NCBI GenBank assembly: GCA_951406725.2
Contig: OX597838.1
Location: forward strand, 22,878,001 to 22,942,000
Reading direction: 5' to 3'
From: Octopus vulgaris
Lineage: Eukaryota
Length of the DNA stretch: 64,000 nucleotides
The first letter of the stretch is position 1; each line of letters begins with the position of its first letter. This document shows positions 27,622-64,000 of this stretch, in pieces. A program made the translations under genes and the position numbers. The notes beneath the pieces are model-generated. The model was not told where the DNA came from. It worked only from the letters and a program-made list of their open reading frames with translations, and searched no databases.

Positions 27622-27903
27622 AAGAGAGATAGATAGATATATGATTAGTAATGGTTAGTAATTTTACGAAACCGGTATGCTTTTGAATCTCCTTAATAAT
27701 TCATAATAATGACTTTTGTTACTTTTATTCCTACCTCAGTTCATCTAATTGTATATATCTATTGTTACTTTTCATAAAAAGCCTTTCCTTTTTTTGATTT
27801 CCAATGTGCATTTTCATATATTTTTCTTCTTACTTTTCCCTGACATTTCCACATGTAGTTTCTATTTTCTTTTTGTAACATATTTCTATTATATATATAT
27901 ATA

Positions 27904-28469
27904 TTGGGTTGTCTGGAAAGTTCGTGCCAATTTTTAAAGGAAAGATAAAGGTCAATAAATACTTGCCATTACATTTTTAATCAACCAAATATGAACCATT
28001 TTGTTGCACAACGCGTCTCCATCTTTCCTTTAACTTGAAAAAACGTTCTTCCCAGAATTGAGGTAATTTCATGGCAAAGAATACATCAAAGTATCTTTTT
28101 ACGTCATCCAAGGAATTGAAATTTTTACCATTAAGACTATTCTGCAGAGACCTGAATAAGTGGAAATCTGAAGGAGCAATATCTGGTGAGTATGGAGGGT
28201 GGGGTAACACATCCCAGCTGAGCTGCAGCAATTTTTGTCTGGTTCCCAAAGCATCAAGTGCCGAAAATGAACTTTCTTGTTTCCCATTTTAAAGGGTTAC
28301 AGAATTAACGCAGGTTATAGGAACATAAACCTTCTTCCATGAAAAGATAGCTTAAACTGTGCTCTAAGTGGAAGTGTAGTCAAATCCTATTTTATGGACT
28401 CAACTATGTTCTAAAATAAGTCGAAAGGTAAGCTACTATAAATCGGCACAAACTCTCCAGACAACCGAA
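27904..28469 (-). mobile_element. Internally deleted mariner transposon
   Basis: Imperfect TIRs TTGGGTTGTCTGGAAAGTTCGTGCC / GGCACAAACTCTCCAGACAACCGAA flanked by TA. The N-terminal MGNKKVHFRHLMLWE is joined out of frame to the C-terminal WDVLPHPPYSPDIAPSDFHLFRSLQN. Confidence 0.92.
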
Positions 28470-28628
28470 TATATACGATGGGTTTCTGTTTACCAAATCC
28501 ACTTACAAGGCTTTGGTCAGCCCAAGGCCATATTAGAGAGCACTTGCCCAAGGTGCCATCAGGTGGGACTGGACTTCAGACCATGTGGTTGGGAAGGAAG
28601 TTCCTTACCACAGCCACTCCTGCTCCTA

Positions 28629-28688
<60 letters not shown>

Positions 28689-28822
28689 TACTTTATTAAA
28701 AAGCAGCAAAAATATCACAAAAAGTCTTTGTGATATTTTTGCAGCCTTATTAATAAAGCATATTACTCTGCCTCTAGTATTTGAGTACTATTTTTCCAAC
28801 ATTGTTTTGCATTTATTTACTT

Positions 28823-28885
<63 letters not shown>

Positions 28886-28980
28886 ACCATACATATCTTA
28901 CATCTATTTTCTTTCCTCCACCTCACTCTCTATTTGTATCACATCAAAACTAACTATGACTTAATTTTTCCTCTCACACC

Positions 28981-29036
28981 GTCTCCGATGAAGGGATGTT
29001 ATTAATCAATTAATATTCTAGAAACAGCTGTAAGAC
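28981..29036 (+). ncRNA. Degenerate type I hammerhead motif
   Basis: GTCT-CCGATGA-stem II-GAAAC-AGCT-GTA-AGAC. The core carries a T-to-C change and the first stem II pair is mismatched. Confidence 0.5.
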
Positions 29037-29424
29037 CTCCAATCTATGAATGCTCTAATATCTATACAGTCTTGGTTTTTTTTATCTCATTACGCAAAAA
29101 ATTCACACATATATATATATACACACAAAAATATATGTATATATATATATATATAATATAAATAATATATAGATATATGCATAACAGGTGCAGGAGTGGC
29201 TGTGTGGTAAGTAGTTTGCTTACCAACCACATGGTTCCGGGTTCAGTCCCACTACATGGCACATTGAGCAAGTATCTTCTACTAAAGCCTTGGGCTGACC
29301 AAAACCCTTGTGAGTGGATTTGGTAGACAGAAACTGAAAGAAGCCTGTTGTATATATGTGTATGTGTCTGTCCCCCCCAACATCGCTTGACAACCGATGT
29401 CGGTGTGTTTACTTCCCCGTAACT

Positions 29425-30540
29425 TATATTTGTGGTTTGTGTTGGGTTTCATGTAGGGTTCATGAAGTCCTGTGGCTAGGTTGCAGGTTGTGTCTAAGTA
29501 GTTAATAGAGGTGTGTTCCTTTTCAATAGAGATAGATAGTCCAAATCTTTTGAAGAATTGGTGTAGTTTTTTCTTGATAAGCTCTAGTTTCCCATTTGAG
29601 GGTTTCTTAATTATGAAGAGGGCATCATTCCTGTATAATCTGCCTCTGAGTTCCAGAAATTCTTCCTGTATGTATGATAGCAAATAGATGCCTACCAGGT
29701 CAGTTACCTGTGCTGAATCTGGGGCTCCCATGGTGATATCAAAAGAGTTAGGGGTATCTTTACATACCCAGAGTTTATTATCAAAGCTAATAAGTGATTT
29801 CCTTGCTTCGAATATTACATTTATTTCCTTCATGTCCAATTGCGTTTGATTTTTAGCATATATTGGGGCACTATTGAGGATCGTAGGGTTAATTGAGGAG
29901 TAGTAGTCTACTATGTCTATTTGAATTTGTAGTGGCTCATGTTCTTTAAGTTGGAGAACCAATTAATGTGTTGGACCATAATTCTAGGGTTATTCTACTT
30001 TTTAGCGGGCGTTGTGAGTGTTTATTCTACTTTTTAGCGGGCGTTGTGAGTGTTTATTGAGCGAAAACACCTAAAGCTCCATGAGGCTCCGGCAGGGGAT
30101 GGTGGTGATCCCTGCTGTACTCTTTCACCACAACTTTCTCTCACTCTTACTTCCTGTTTCTGTTGTACCTGTATTTCAAAGGGCCAGCCTTGTCACTCTC
30201 TGTGTCACGCTGAATATCCACGAGAACTACGTTAAGGGTGCACGTGTCTGTGGAGTGCTCAGCCACTTACACGTAAATGTCACGAGCAGGCTGTTCCGTT
30301 GATTCGGATCAACCGGAACCCTCGTCGTCATAACCGACGGAGTACTTCCATCATTTATTGAATATTAGTTTGCTTAATTTACATAGATCTGATTTATTTG
30401 GGCATATTAATCTTACTTTCATATCAGTTAAGAAGTTAGGTTTATGGTCTTTTATAGTGATGCGAGGTCTAGATAGCATGAAGGGTTCAGTTTTGTTCTC
30501 TAAGTTGTAGACATTCATAATTTCCTTGGCTACTCTTTGT
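29425..30540 (-). mobile_element. Penelope-like element reverse transcriptase fragment, split by a SINE C insertion (about 30005-30350)
   Basis: RITIKDHKPNF..VRLICPNKSDLCKLSK (30350-30540), then IDIVDYYSSI, FDITMGAPDSAQVTDLVGIYLL, LYRND (YRDD degenerate), INYLDTT and PYMKPN. These are PLE-type RT motifs. Confidence 0.85.
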
Positions 30541-30608
30541 TATCTAATTAAATTAAAGGTATACCAGTGAAAACCACAAGTTTCCCCTTGTTATTACATC
30601 CATTTTCT

Positions 30609-30649
<41 letters not shown>

Positions 30650-30845
30650 ATCCAAACATGAAAACACAAAGAGAAAGCACAACAATGCGAGGACGTGGAA
30701 CATATATAGTATTATTGGACGCTCAGGAAGGAAGGGAAGAAGGAGGGTTTAACATTTCGAGCGGAGCTCTTCGGCAGAAACATAGGAAAAGGAAAGATCC
30801 AGAGAAGACGGAGGAAAAAAAAATCGCCAACGGTATACACACGGT

Positions 30846-30889
<44 letters not shown>

Positions 30890-31361
30890 GACACACACAC
30901 ACAGACATATACACATAAATATCACACAAACATCAGAAGTGTTTTTTTTTATAATTTTATTTTTTTAACAAAATGTATAATTTTTTTATAAATTTCCATC
31001 CACAGGTAAGGAAAACAATAACACAAACAACAACAAAAAAAAAATAGAAGCAGCTTAATTTATTAATGCACCAACCCTTACTTCCCTACCCTTACCCCAT
31101 ATGTACATAGGTGGATTAGATGAAAAGACAAAAACAAAACATTAATAAAAAAAAAAAAATCCCAGAAAACAGAAGCACCTATTCCTTTCCTGATATATAC
31201 ATATATTCAGACAAACAGACAGACAGACATGTTGTATATGCATACATCTGTATGTTTTTCACTTTTCAATGTTTTCTTCTCACTCTCCTTGTAAAACAGC
31301 TTGTGAACAATCAAAATATATTTTTTAAAAAAACTATCAGAAGAAAAAATATATAACACAC

Positions 31362-31400
<39 letters not shown>

Positions 31401-31447
31401 ATATTTCGGAATGGTCATATTGCCAGTTTAGCCAATAATATTTAAAC

Positions 31448-31478
<31 letters not shown>

Positions 31479-31717
31479 ACTAAATGTTTCAACTACATGT
31501 ACTTACTGTGCTACTAATAGTTTTCCATACATGCTTATGTTCACCAGTTGCCTGATGAACATTCACATGTATGGGGAAACTATTAGTAGCGCGATAAATA
31601 CATAAAGTTGAAACGTTTAGTAATATTGAACTCTCATTGGATGGAGTACTCTTTGTATTAACTTTTACACAGTTTATATATATATATATTTATATACAGA
31701 CACACACATTATATATA

Positions 31718-31934
31718 TGAGGGGTGCTGAAAAGTTCCTAGCTTTGAGTAGAAGAAAATACTGGAGGATCAGTTAATTATGATTTTATCCGACATATTCC
31801 CCTCTCAGAAAAACTGAAGGACCGCTGCAACAAGTGTGCGAATCTAAGCCCCGTAAAAGCACTCGAAAGGTCCGGCCTCTGACCATACTTTTTATGATAC
31901 CCTTAATGCCAAGAACTTTTCTGCCCTCCCTCAT
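31718..31934. mobile_element. Mariner-type MITE
   Basis: TGAGGGGTGCTGAAAAGTTCCT ... AGAACTTTTCTGCCCTCCCTCA between TA runs; a similar element sits at about 61688-61808. Confidence 0.6.
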
Positions 31935-31943
31935 ATATATATA

Positions 31944-32616
31944 TACTGAACAACAAAAGAAATGCCACACTGTAAAAGATTGTTTCACACACGATTTTGA
32001 GATTATATGGATTTTATCACATTTCTAGGTAATTTGACATCAGGAAGGTGTCACTGACCCACAACATCACTCTCTTTTCGAAACACGAGGATTGCATGTA
32101 GAGTTTGAACTCACTCGCTATTTGTAAACATGGTGATAATCACGAATGCATCTTTATGAAAAGCATGATGCATATGCAAAACGTTGACCCATTGGGTATA
32201 AAAGGCACCCAGGTTTACCAGTCTGTCATTCGTTTCCTGAATGCAGTAAGCATGCCAAGAGTGATATAAAAACAGAGGGAGCAAGCTAAATGACATCTGT
32301 CCAAGGTTAACAACTGTGGCACAACTCACTGCAAGTTTAAACTGAGCCCCATGGCCTTCGCCAATTATTTGGTGCATTCAATGTACGGAAGATGCCCGAT
32401 GGTAATCAACACTAACGAGATATTGAATTAATCTCTTTAGATCCAGGACACTCCGTCACCACGTGACATCAAACATGTTTCAGGAAATCACATTTTATTA
32501 GGGAAGAATGGTTTCTTAATTAGCACTCTTCAATCAATGCTATGTTAGTCCGTTAATAGTTAATTAGTCCAGTTTCTATTTAATATGTGCGTGACAGTTC
32601 TTTTGTGGTTCAGTTT
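31944..32616 (+). mobile_element. Degenerate, internally deleted Tc1-like element
   Basis: Terminal inverted matches ACTGAACAACAAAAGA / TCTTTTGTGGTTCAGT in TA context, a TATAAAAG box, and a decayed MPRV..REQA transposase start near 32252. Confidence 0.6.
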
Positions 32617-33827
32617 ATATATATATTCACACACACACACACAAATTTTATCTCCATACATACATACACACACACACATATATATACACACATTTTGTGT
32701 GCATATATATTTATATATATATGATATATGATAAAATATCATATATATATAAATATATATGCACACAAAAATATATATATATATATATATTACAACAAAA
32801 TTTTATACAAAGTTACCCAAGGTTTGGCACCCAGAAAGCCGAAGCCTGGTGGTCGGCTCATCAAACTCTATATGAATACAAAATTTAAAATATCTACATC
32901 GCAGACGTGAGGAAATGCTCAGAACTCAAGGAATACGACAAAACATTAATGAGTACAGGTTATTTCCTCTTAATCAGAGGGGGTGGGGAAAACCGTTACA
33001 GACTCAGAGGGGCCTAACAATCAAACAGGGAGATCCTTTTTTCTAGTAAGTAACAGTTGAAGTGGATACATTTAGAAAAGACTTCTTTAAGGCTGTAGAA
33101 ACTCAGAATCAAAAGAAAAATGCTCTATATAGTTAACCAGCTCAGTTAAGGGTACCTTGGGTTTCTAAATCCTCTATCTGTAGACAATTATTTAATGCGT
33201 ATGTTTCCTATAGATCTCTCATCAGCCACTCAAGTTAACACCACAATCTTATATGGGGTTGACGTAAGTTCAATATAACGTAAGCATTGAATAACTGTCA
33301 AAAAATATGGATTTCAAAACCTTAAAGTATCCATACCTGAGCTGGTGGGATATATATCCTTTTCTACAAGGCTTGAAATTTTGGGGGAGGGGGCCAGTCA
33401 ATTAGATCGACCCCTGTACGCAAATGGTACTTAACTTATCGACCCTGAAAAGATGAAAGGCAAAGTCGACCTCGGTGGAATGTGAACTCAGAATGTAAAA
33501 ATAGGCGAAATACCGCTAAGCATTTCACCCGGCGTGCTAATGTTTCTGCCAGCTCGCCGCCTCCGGTGGGATATTTTTCAATATGTGTGTGTGTAACATC
33601 CTATGGTTTGACATATATGTATATACATGTATGTGCATGAGTGTGTTGTAATTATTTATATATGTACAGATATAGATATGCATATGTGCATATACTAATG
33701 TTAATTAATTAAAAAAAATACAGCACCTTTGTGAAATGTAAAATCCAAGTTTGAATTATGTCATCCAAATACACACACACGTGTGTGTGTGTGTGTGTGA
33801 GTGACTGTGTGCATGCATGTGCATATG

Positions 33828-33877
<50 letters not shown>

Positions 33878-34494
33878 AGTATATATGTTTGTTGTTCCTT
33901 CTCAAGCCATCCCTGGCTCATAAGGGCTGTTTTCCTTGGCATATAGGTTCCCCACCTGGACGGGACGCCGGTCCGTCGCAGGTGAGCTGTAAGATGCAGG
34001 AGGAAAGAGTGAGAGAAAGTTGTGGCGAAAGAGTCAGCAGAAGTTCGCCATTACCTTCTACCGGAGCGCATGGAGCTTAGGTGTTTCGCTCATAAACACA
34101 CACATCGCCCGGTCTGAGATTTGAACCTGCAATCCCTCGACCATGAGTCCGCTGTTCTAACCACTAGGCCATGTGCCTCCACTATATATATATATATATA
34201 TATACATACATACAAAGAAACAGCTGTAAGCTAAATGAGGTTCATGACATAACCTGTGTTTTTTCCCAAGGAGTCATCTCTTTCTTCCTATTACCACTCT
34301 ATACTCATCTAACATTATGTTCTCAAACATCCGTATATTGAGTGCTACACTGGGTTTTTAGTCTAGCTAGGCCTAAGCAAAATGTTAATATATATCATAC
34401 GGACAAGAAAGTAATATTTTGAACACAGTATGGCTGTGAAAATAGCAGAAAGATTGGATATTTTGCCCTTGCATGACAGGGAAAAGTTGTCAGC

Positions 34495-34566
34495 AGACAG
34501 CCACAGGATTTGAACCCGTAACTCTCAGATACCTGCTGAGTACTCTACCAGCTGAGCTAAACTGCC
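34495..34566 (-). pseudogene. Solitary tRNA-like cloverleaf (nominal anticodon GGT/Thr); tRNA pseudogene or SINE head
   Basis: GGCAGTT TA GCTC-AGCTGGTA-GAGT A CTCAG-CAGGTAT-CTGAG AGTT ACGGG-TTCAAAT-CCTGT GGCTGTC T. A and B boxes are intact, position 33 is A instead of U, and TTTT follows about 10 nt downstream. Confidence 0.55.
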
Positions 34567-34851
34567 CGCAGGCAACAATTTCCGGTAAATTAAACACTAA
34601 ATAGATTCTTTTACACTACACATTCGACGCTTCCAAAAACAAACAAAAAGTCTGTTTATATATTTTGTTTGTACACACACACACACATACACACGCACAC
34701 ATTAATATCAAACAATGAGATTGAGTGCTCAACACTGCATTGGTGGATAAGAAAAAAGTTATGGGTTAAGTCTACCATTGGTTTCATGTTAAGTGCCTCA
34801 ACAATTATGAAGCTTACCAAATGGAACATCGGTGTTCATCTCCACTTTGGA

Positions 34852-35100
34852 TTAACCCTTTCATTACCAACCCGGCTGAAACCAGCTCTGGCTCTGTAGT
34901 ACCAATGTCTTGTTTTCATAAGTTTTCAATTAAAATCTTCCACCAAACCTTAGTCACAATTTATGTTCCTAACACTAGCTGAATGATAACTAAGTTATTT
35001 TACTAAATTCTTTGTTATATTGGAAGTTATTTTACTAAATTCTTTGTAATTGGAAGAAATACAGAGCATCTCAAAATAAATACAGTAACGAAAGGGTTAA
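34852..35100. mobile_element. piggyBac-type MITE
   Basis: TTAA-CCCTTTCATTAC ... GTAACGAAAGGG-TTAA. A related element at about 44258-44898 is interrupted by SINE A. Confidence 0.78.
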
Positions 35101-35698
35101 TATACAACTGTATAACACTACGATGCAGCATGGAATGTTGTCAGTGAACAAGTCACGGTCTGAAAGCGATGAAAATATTTTGACAAATTGAATTTAAATG
35201 TTGAAGTGAATCTAACGGTTTTTGTGTGTTTTTAAATGGCTTATAAACACCTTCCACACTGCAACTGTTTTTGTTTCAACACAAGATCTCAGATCAGGTC
35301 ACTTACTATGCAAGTACATCTCTGTAATGCATAATAACTGTATATAATATATATCATAATGATATTTATTCTCCAATTACGAAGCGACAATTTTTAAATA
35401 TAAACAAATGACTGAAAAATGATGAGCTAACCTCAGGCTAAATCAAACTCATAAATCGGCGCTTTCATGGCTCCTTGCAAATCTGATTGGCCAAACGGTC
35501 ACCCATCAATTTCAGTCAAATTTAGTTAATATATATATATATACTTAAACTGTCTTGATACTACATAAATAATATTTTTATAAACAAACCCCAAAGGTTT
35601 TGCAAGTTATTATATGGTTATTATACTATGAGGCTTCCATAGTAGCTTTCTCTCTGTAACTCGCAAAGCCTTTCGGGTTTGTTTATGAAGATATTATT

Positions 35699-35749
<51 letters not shown>

Positions 35750-37172
35750 ATGAATATGGATGCCTTACACTTGAGATAACATTTGCATAACAGTCTATAT
35801 TTTAATGATGATTCCTTAAGTGTCTTAATCTGTTTATCAGCAGACCAACCCATCTATGATCTACCAGTGCTTCTGCCCCACCAGTCTGTCAGTCAGCTAC
35901 CACCCAGTCTGCCTGAATAGCCACCCAGGTATTTGTCTCCTTCAATGGCTTACACAATCTTCTTCTTTGTATAATATTCTTCTTTTTTTTTTCTTTCAAT
36001 GTCCAAATCAAAACAGAAAGGGCAAGGCCTATAACCATTTTCCAGGGCCTCTACCACTTGTGAAAAGAAGGGAGCACGTTATATTCAGACCAGGAACCAA
36101 GCTTAAATACTTGCAATGGAGAAGACTCTTCTAAAAACCTTCCAAGGACTGGATGTTGGTAGAGTTTAGCTAATTCTCATTCAGATCACCCTGCCAAATG
36201 TAATGCCTATTTATTCACATAATTTTCAAACTATTCACTAATTATCCCAAAGCTTAAAGATTATGATGATGAGATTGTTTTTTTTTTTTTTTTTTAGAAG
36301 GACATTGTAGGATAGGTGTATGGGGCCAGATCTGGATGAGCTGAACATAAAACAGGTAGGACATTTGAGCTTCAAATGCTAAAAGGTTTAACCTGATGAT
36401 GGAAGCAATCTGCTTCCCAAACATCTCAATAATAACTTTTGGGTTAGGTCTTCAAAACCTGCCATCACTAGTTTCAATTGGTGATTTGTGACCATGCTGG
36501 AGCACCACAAGAATAATAAAATGTAATGAATGAAAATGCATTGAGAAATTTTTTTTAATTTGAAAAAAAAAAAAAATTTATTTGTTTCAGTCAATTGACT
36601 GTGGCCATACTGGAAGACCACCTTAAAGGGTCAAAGAAACCAACCCCACAACTTAGTCTTTGCAAGCCTAGTACTAATTCTATCAGTCTCTTTTGCCAAA
36701 CTGCTAAGTTACGGGGACATAAACACACCAACATCAGCTGTTAAGTGATGGCAGAGGGCAAACACAGACAGACAGACAGACACACACACACACATAAATA
36801 TATACGTGTGTGTGTGTGTATGTACAGGTGTAGTTGTGTGGTCAAAAAAGCTTGCTTTGCAACCCCGTGGCTCCGGGTTCAGTCCCACTGCACACTACTT
36901 TGGGTAAGCAATCTTCTACAATACACCCAGACTATGCAATGCCCTATGAGTAAATTTGGTAGGTGGAAACTGTGTGGAAGCCTGTCATATGTGTGTATGC
37001 ATATGTATGTGTGTGTGCCCTTACATTTATGTTTGCACCCTGCCATCGATTTAGTGGTTCACCAAAAGAGATCGATAGAATAAGTACCAGCACTGGGGTT
37101 GATTTGTTTGACTAAACACAAGGCATTGTCCCAGCATGGCTGCAAGTCCATTGACTAAAACAAATAAAAACA

Positions 37173-37210
<38 letters not shown>

Positions 37211-37211
37211 G

Positions 37212-37256
<45 letters not shown>

Positions 37257-37323
37257 ATTCGAGACAAAACCACTATTTTAAATCTGATTTTTCCCTGTAA
37301 TTTTGGATTCATTCCCTAATATT

Positions 37324-37364
<41 letters not shown>

Positions 37365-37551
37365 GATAGATAGATATAGATATTAATATGCGTAGGGATG
37401 GTTGTGTGGTAAGAAGCTTGCTTCCCAACAACAAGGTTCCAGGTTCAGTCCCACTGTATGGCACCTTGGGCAAGTGTCTTCTATTATAGCCTCAGGTTGA
37501 TCAAAGCCTTGTGAGTGGATCTGGTAAATGCAAACTGAAAGAAGCTATGTC

Positions 37552-37583
<32 letters not shown>

Positions 37584-38124
37584 GTTTGTATGCATTTGTA
37601 TGTCTGTGTTTGTCCCCCACCACCACCACCACCATCGCATGATAACTGTTGTTGGTGTGTTTATGTCCTTGTAACTTAGTAGTTTGGCAAAAAAAAAAAA
37701 AAAAACCAATAGAATGAATACTAGGCTTATGAAGAATGAGTCCTGGGGTCGATTTGTTTGACTAAAGGTGGTGTTCCAGCATGGCCACAATGAAATGACT
37801 GAAACAAATAAAAGATTCACGTGTATATGTATGAAGAGAAGACATTTTTCTAAAGATTGCCTGGAAATAGGAATTACAGATCATTTTTTTTTTTTATAAA
37901 TGAATATAAAAACATGTATGTATGGAACTGTATCAGCAACTACTTTGTAGTTGGTGCGACAAAAATTTTGATAACCAAATAAGAAATTTTCATGTGAAGT
38001 TAAGCGTTGCTGTGTGTCTCTGAACAGCCGTAACGTATCTTCTATTCTGTTATTGTTTCAGCTTCAACATAGTCTCAGATCATATCAGCAAGTTCATCAC
38101 ACGCGCACACATATATACATACAT

Positions 38125-38158
<34 letters not shown>

Positions 38159-38353
38159 TAAAAATCATCATCGGTATATATATATATATATATAAAATCA
38201 TCATCGTTATATATATGTGTGAGTATGTGTTTATATTTATGTGTGTGTATATATGTGTGGGTATATATGTATATGTGTCTGTATATATATATGTGTGTGT
38301 GTGTGTGTATGTATGTGTATATATATGTATGTGTGTGTATGTATGTACATACG

Positions 38354-38405
<52 letters not shown>

Positions 38406-39256
38406 TATATAGCATATTTTATGTATTTTGCTCAGAAGCATCGCATGGCATTAGAATTTTCAACTGAAGTCAAACACAAAAAACAACTACTCCGAATTGT
38501 TGTTAGGTAATTCACTTAAGTCAAATCAAGACCTGCCTGTTTGTGCTGACATTAAGTTCTATAAACTATAATCATGAAGTCAAGCCAAACAATGATAATT
38601 TGAAAGCATTTAACACACACGTTTCCGATTTCCTATTACGCAGGATCTTCTTCAGTTCATATGGGTCCATATATGTAGACAATTATTTAATGCATCCATT
38701 TCCTATGAATCTTTCATCAACCACTCGAGTTAACATTGCTAACTTATTTGGGGTAATGAGAGATCAATAGGAAGCATAGGTGTTAAATAAGCGTTTACAA
38801 ATATGGATTTTGAAGACCGGTATGAACTGATTATGAACTATTATGCATCATGCAAATCTGAAATGTGTGTACTAAATGCTTTTAAAATACCATTATTTGG
38901 TTGGACTTCATTATTACAATATATATATATAAGTATATCTTTTTGGAACAGTGAATCTCGAAGCAGATAAAGCTATAAAAATAGTGTGTAAATATTCACT
39001 TATAGAAAAACTATTCTGGATAAAAAATGCTGAAGGCTGCCACTTTTCAGATGTAGTTTTATGTTCCATGGGCAGTCTTCAAGTTTCTCTATTTAAAAAG
39101 GTTTTTTAACTGAATATTTACATGCTATTTCTATAGCTTTAGCTTTATCTGCTTCGAGGTTCACCTTTAGCAAAAAAAAAAAAAAAAATTCATGTTCTTG
39201 AAATTTCTAAATTCTTATGACCTCAACAAGATATATATATATGTGTGTATATACAT

Positions 39257-39291
<35 letters not shown>

Positions 39292-39900
39292 CCCGAAGTG
39301 TACTGTATTATATATCCATTATGGCCAAAATTACCAATTGGTTTCGTGCTAGGGATTCAACAGAGTGTTAGGTAACAATCCGATTATGTAACCCTGCATT
39401 CCTCAGAGGTAGCCGATATGAAATGAAATATGGCGACTGCCCTTCTTTTTCTTGATAAGATTAAAACGATTGGCCATAATGGATATATAATACTGTACAC
39501 TTCAGATAATATACCTAGGCTGTTGACAGATATACAAGTACATTTTTCCTGAGTCTTAGTCTTATACACACATATATGATGTACTCACACACAACCTTGA
39601 TAATTAGAGAAGAAAGAGAGAGAGAGAGACACACAGATAGACAGACAGACAAAGATGTTTTTCCGTTGTCTGTCTACTTTTCCATGTATGTCTTGTGACA
39701 ACTGATCTCTGTGTGTGTTCTAGGTAGCAGCTGAACCTATGTATTTATTGCAGGTAGATCAGCTGTCTTTTAGTTCTGATATGTCTTATGCCATATGCAT
39801 AGCTTTGTAATAGTAGTAGTAGTAGTAGTAGTTGATATGTACTGTGCATGTCTCCTGAGTAGCTGGTTGTGGTCGACATCAACATTTCTTTTTCCGGTTG

Positions 39901-64000
<24,100 letters not shown>

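Overview
AT-rich, microsatellite- and SINE-dense animal genomic DNA. The repeat content suggests an octopus or other coleoid cephalopod, which is an inference. I reconstructed three spliced genes by hand, each with GT-AG introns and consistent phases. (1) TRIAP1/Mdm35 on +, 2 exons, 363..4237, 79 aa. (2) A KCTD10/BACURD-family BTB protein on -, 5 coding exons, 23301..13939, 287 aa, convergent with TRIAP1. (3) The 3' ten exons (>64000..39901, -) of an uncharacterised single-pass membrane glycoprotein, about 660 aa visible. It has two lamin-tail-like (LTD-like) modules around a mucin stalk, a TM helix, and a tail with dileucine and FxNPxY motifs. Most other sequence is repeats: at least four SINE families, fragments of Penelope, Tx1/L1, CR1, R4/Dong, RTE and Gypsy elements, mariner/Tc1/piggyBac/Helitron derivatives, and minisatellites. 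The most unusual non-coding items are a well-formed type I hammerhead ribozyme inside a perfect 35-bp inverted repeat plus several degenerate relatives, a tandem array of five tRNA-like Pol III heads, and a solitary tRNA-like cloverleaf. Nearly all long ORFs in the supplied track are repeat artefacts. No database search was run, so family names rest on motif recognition.
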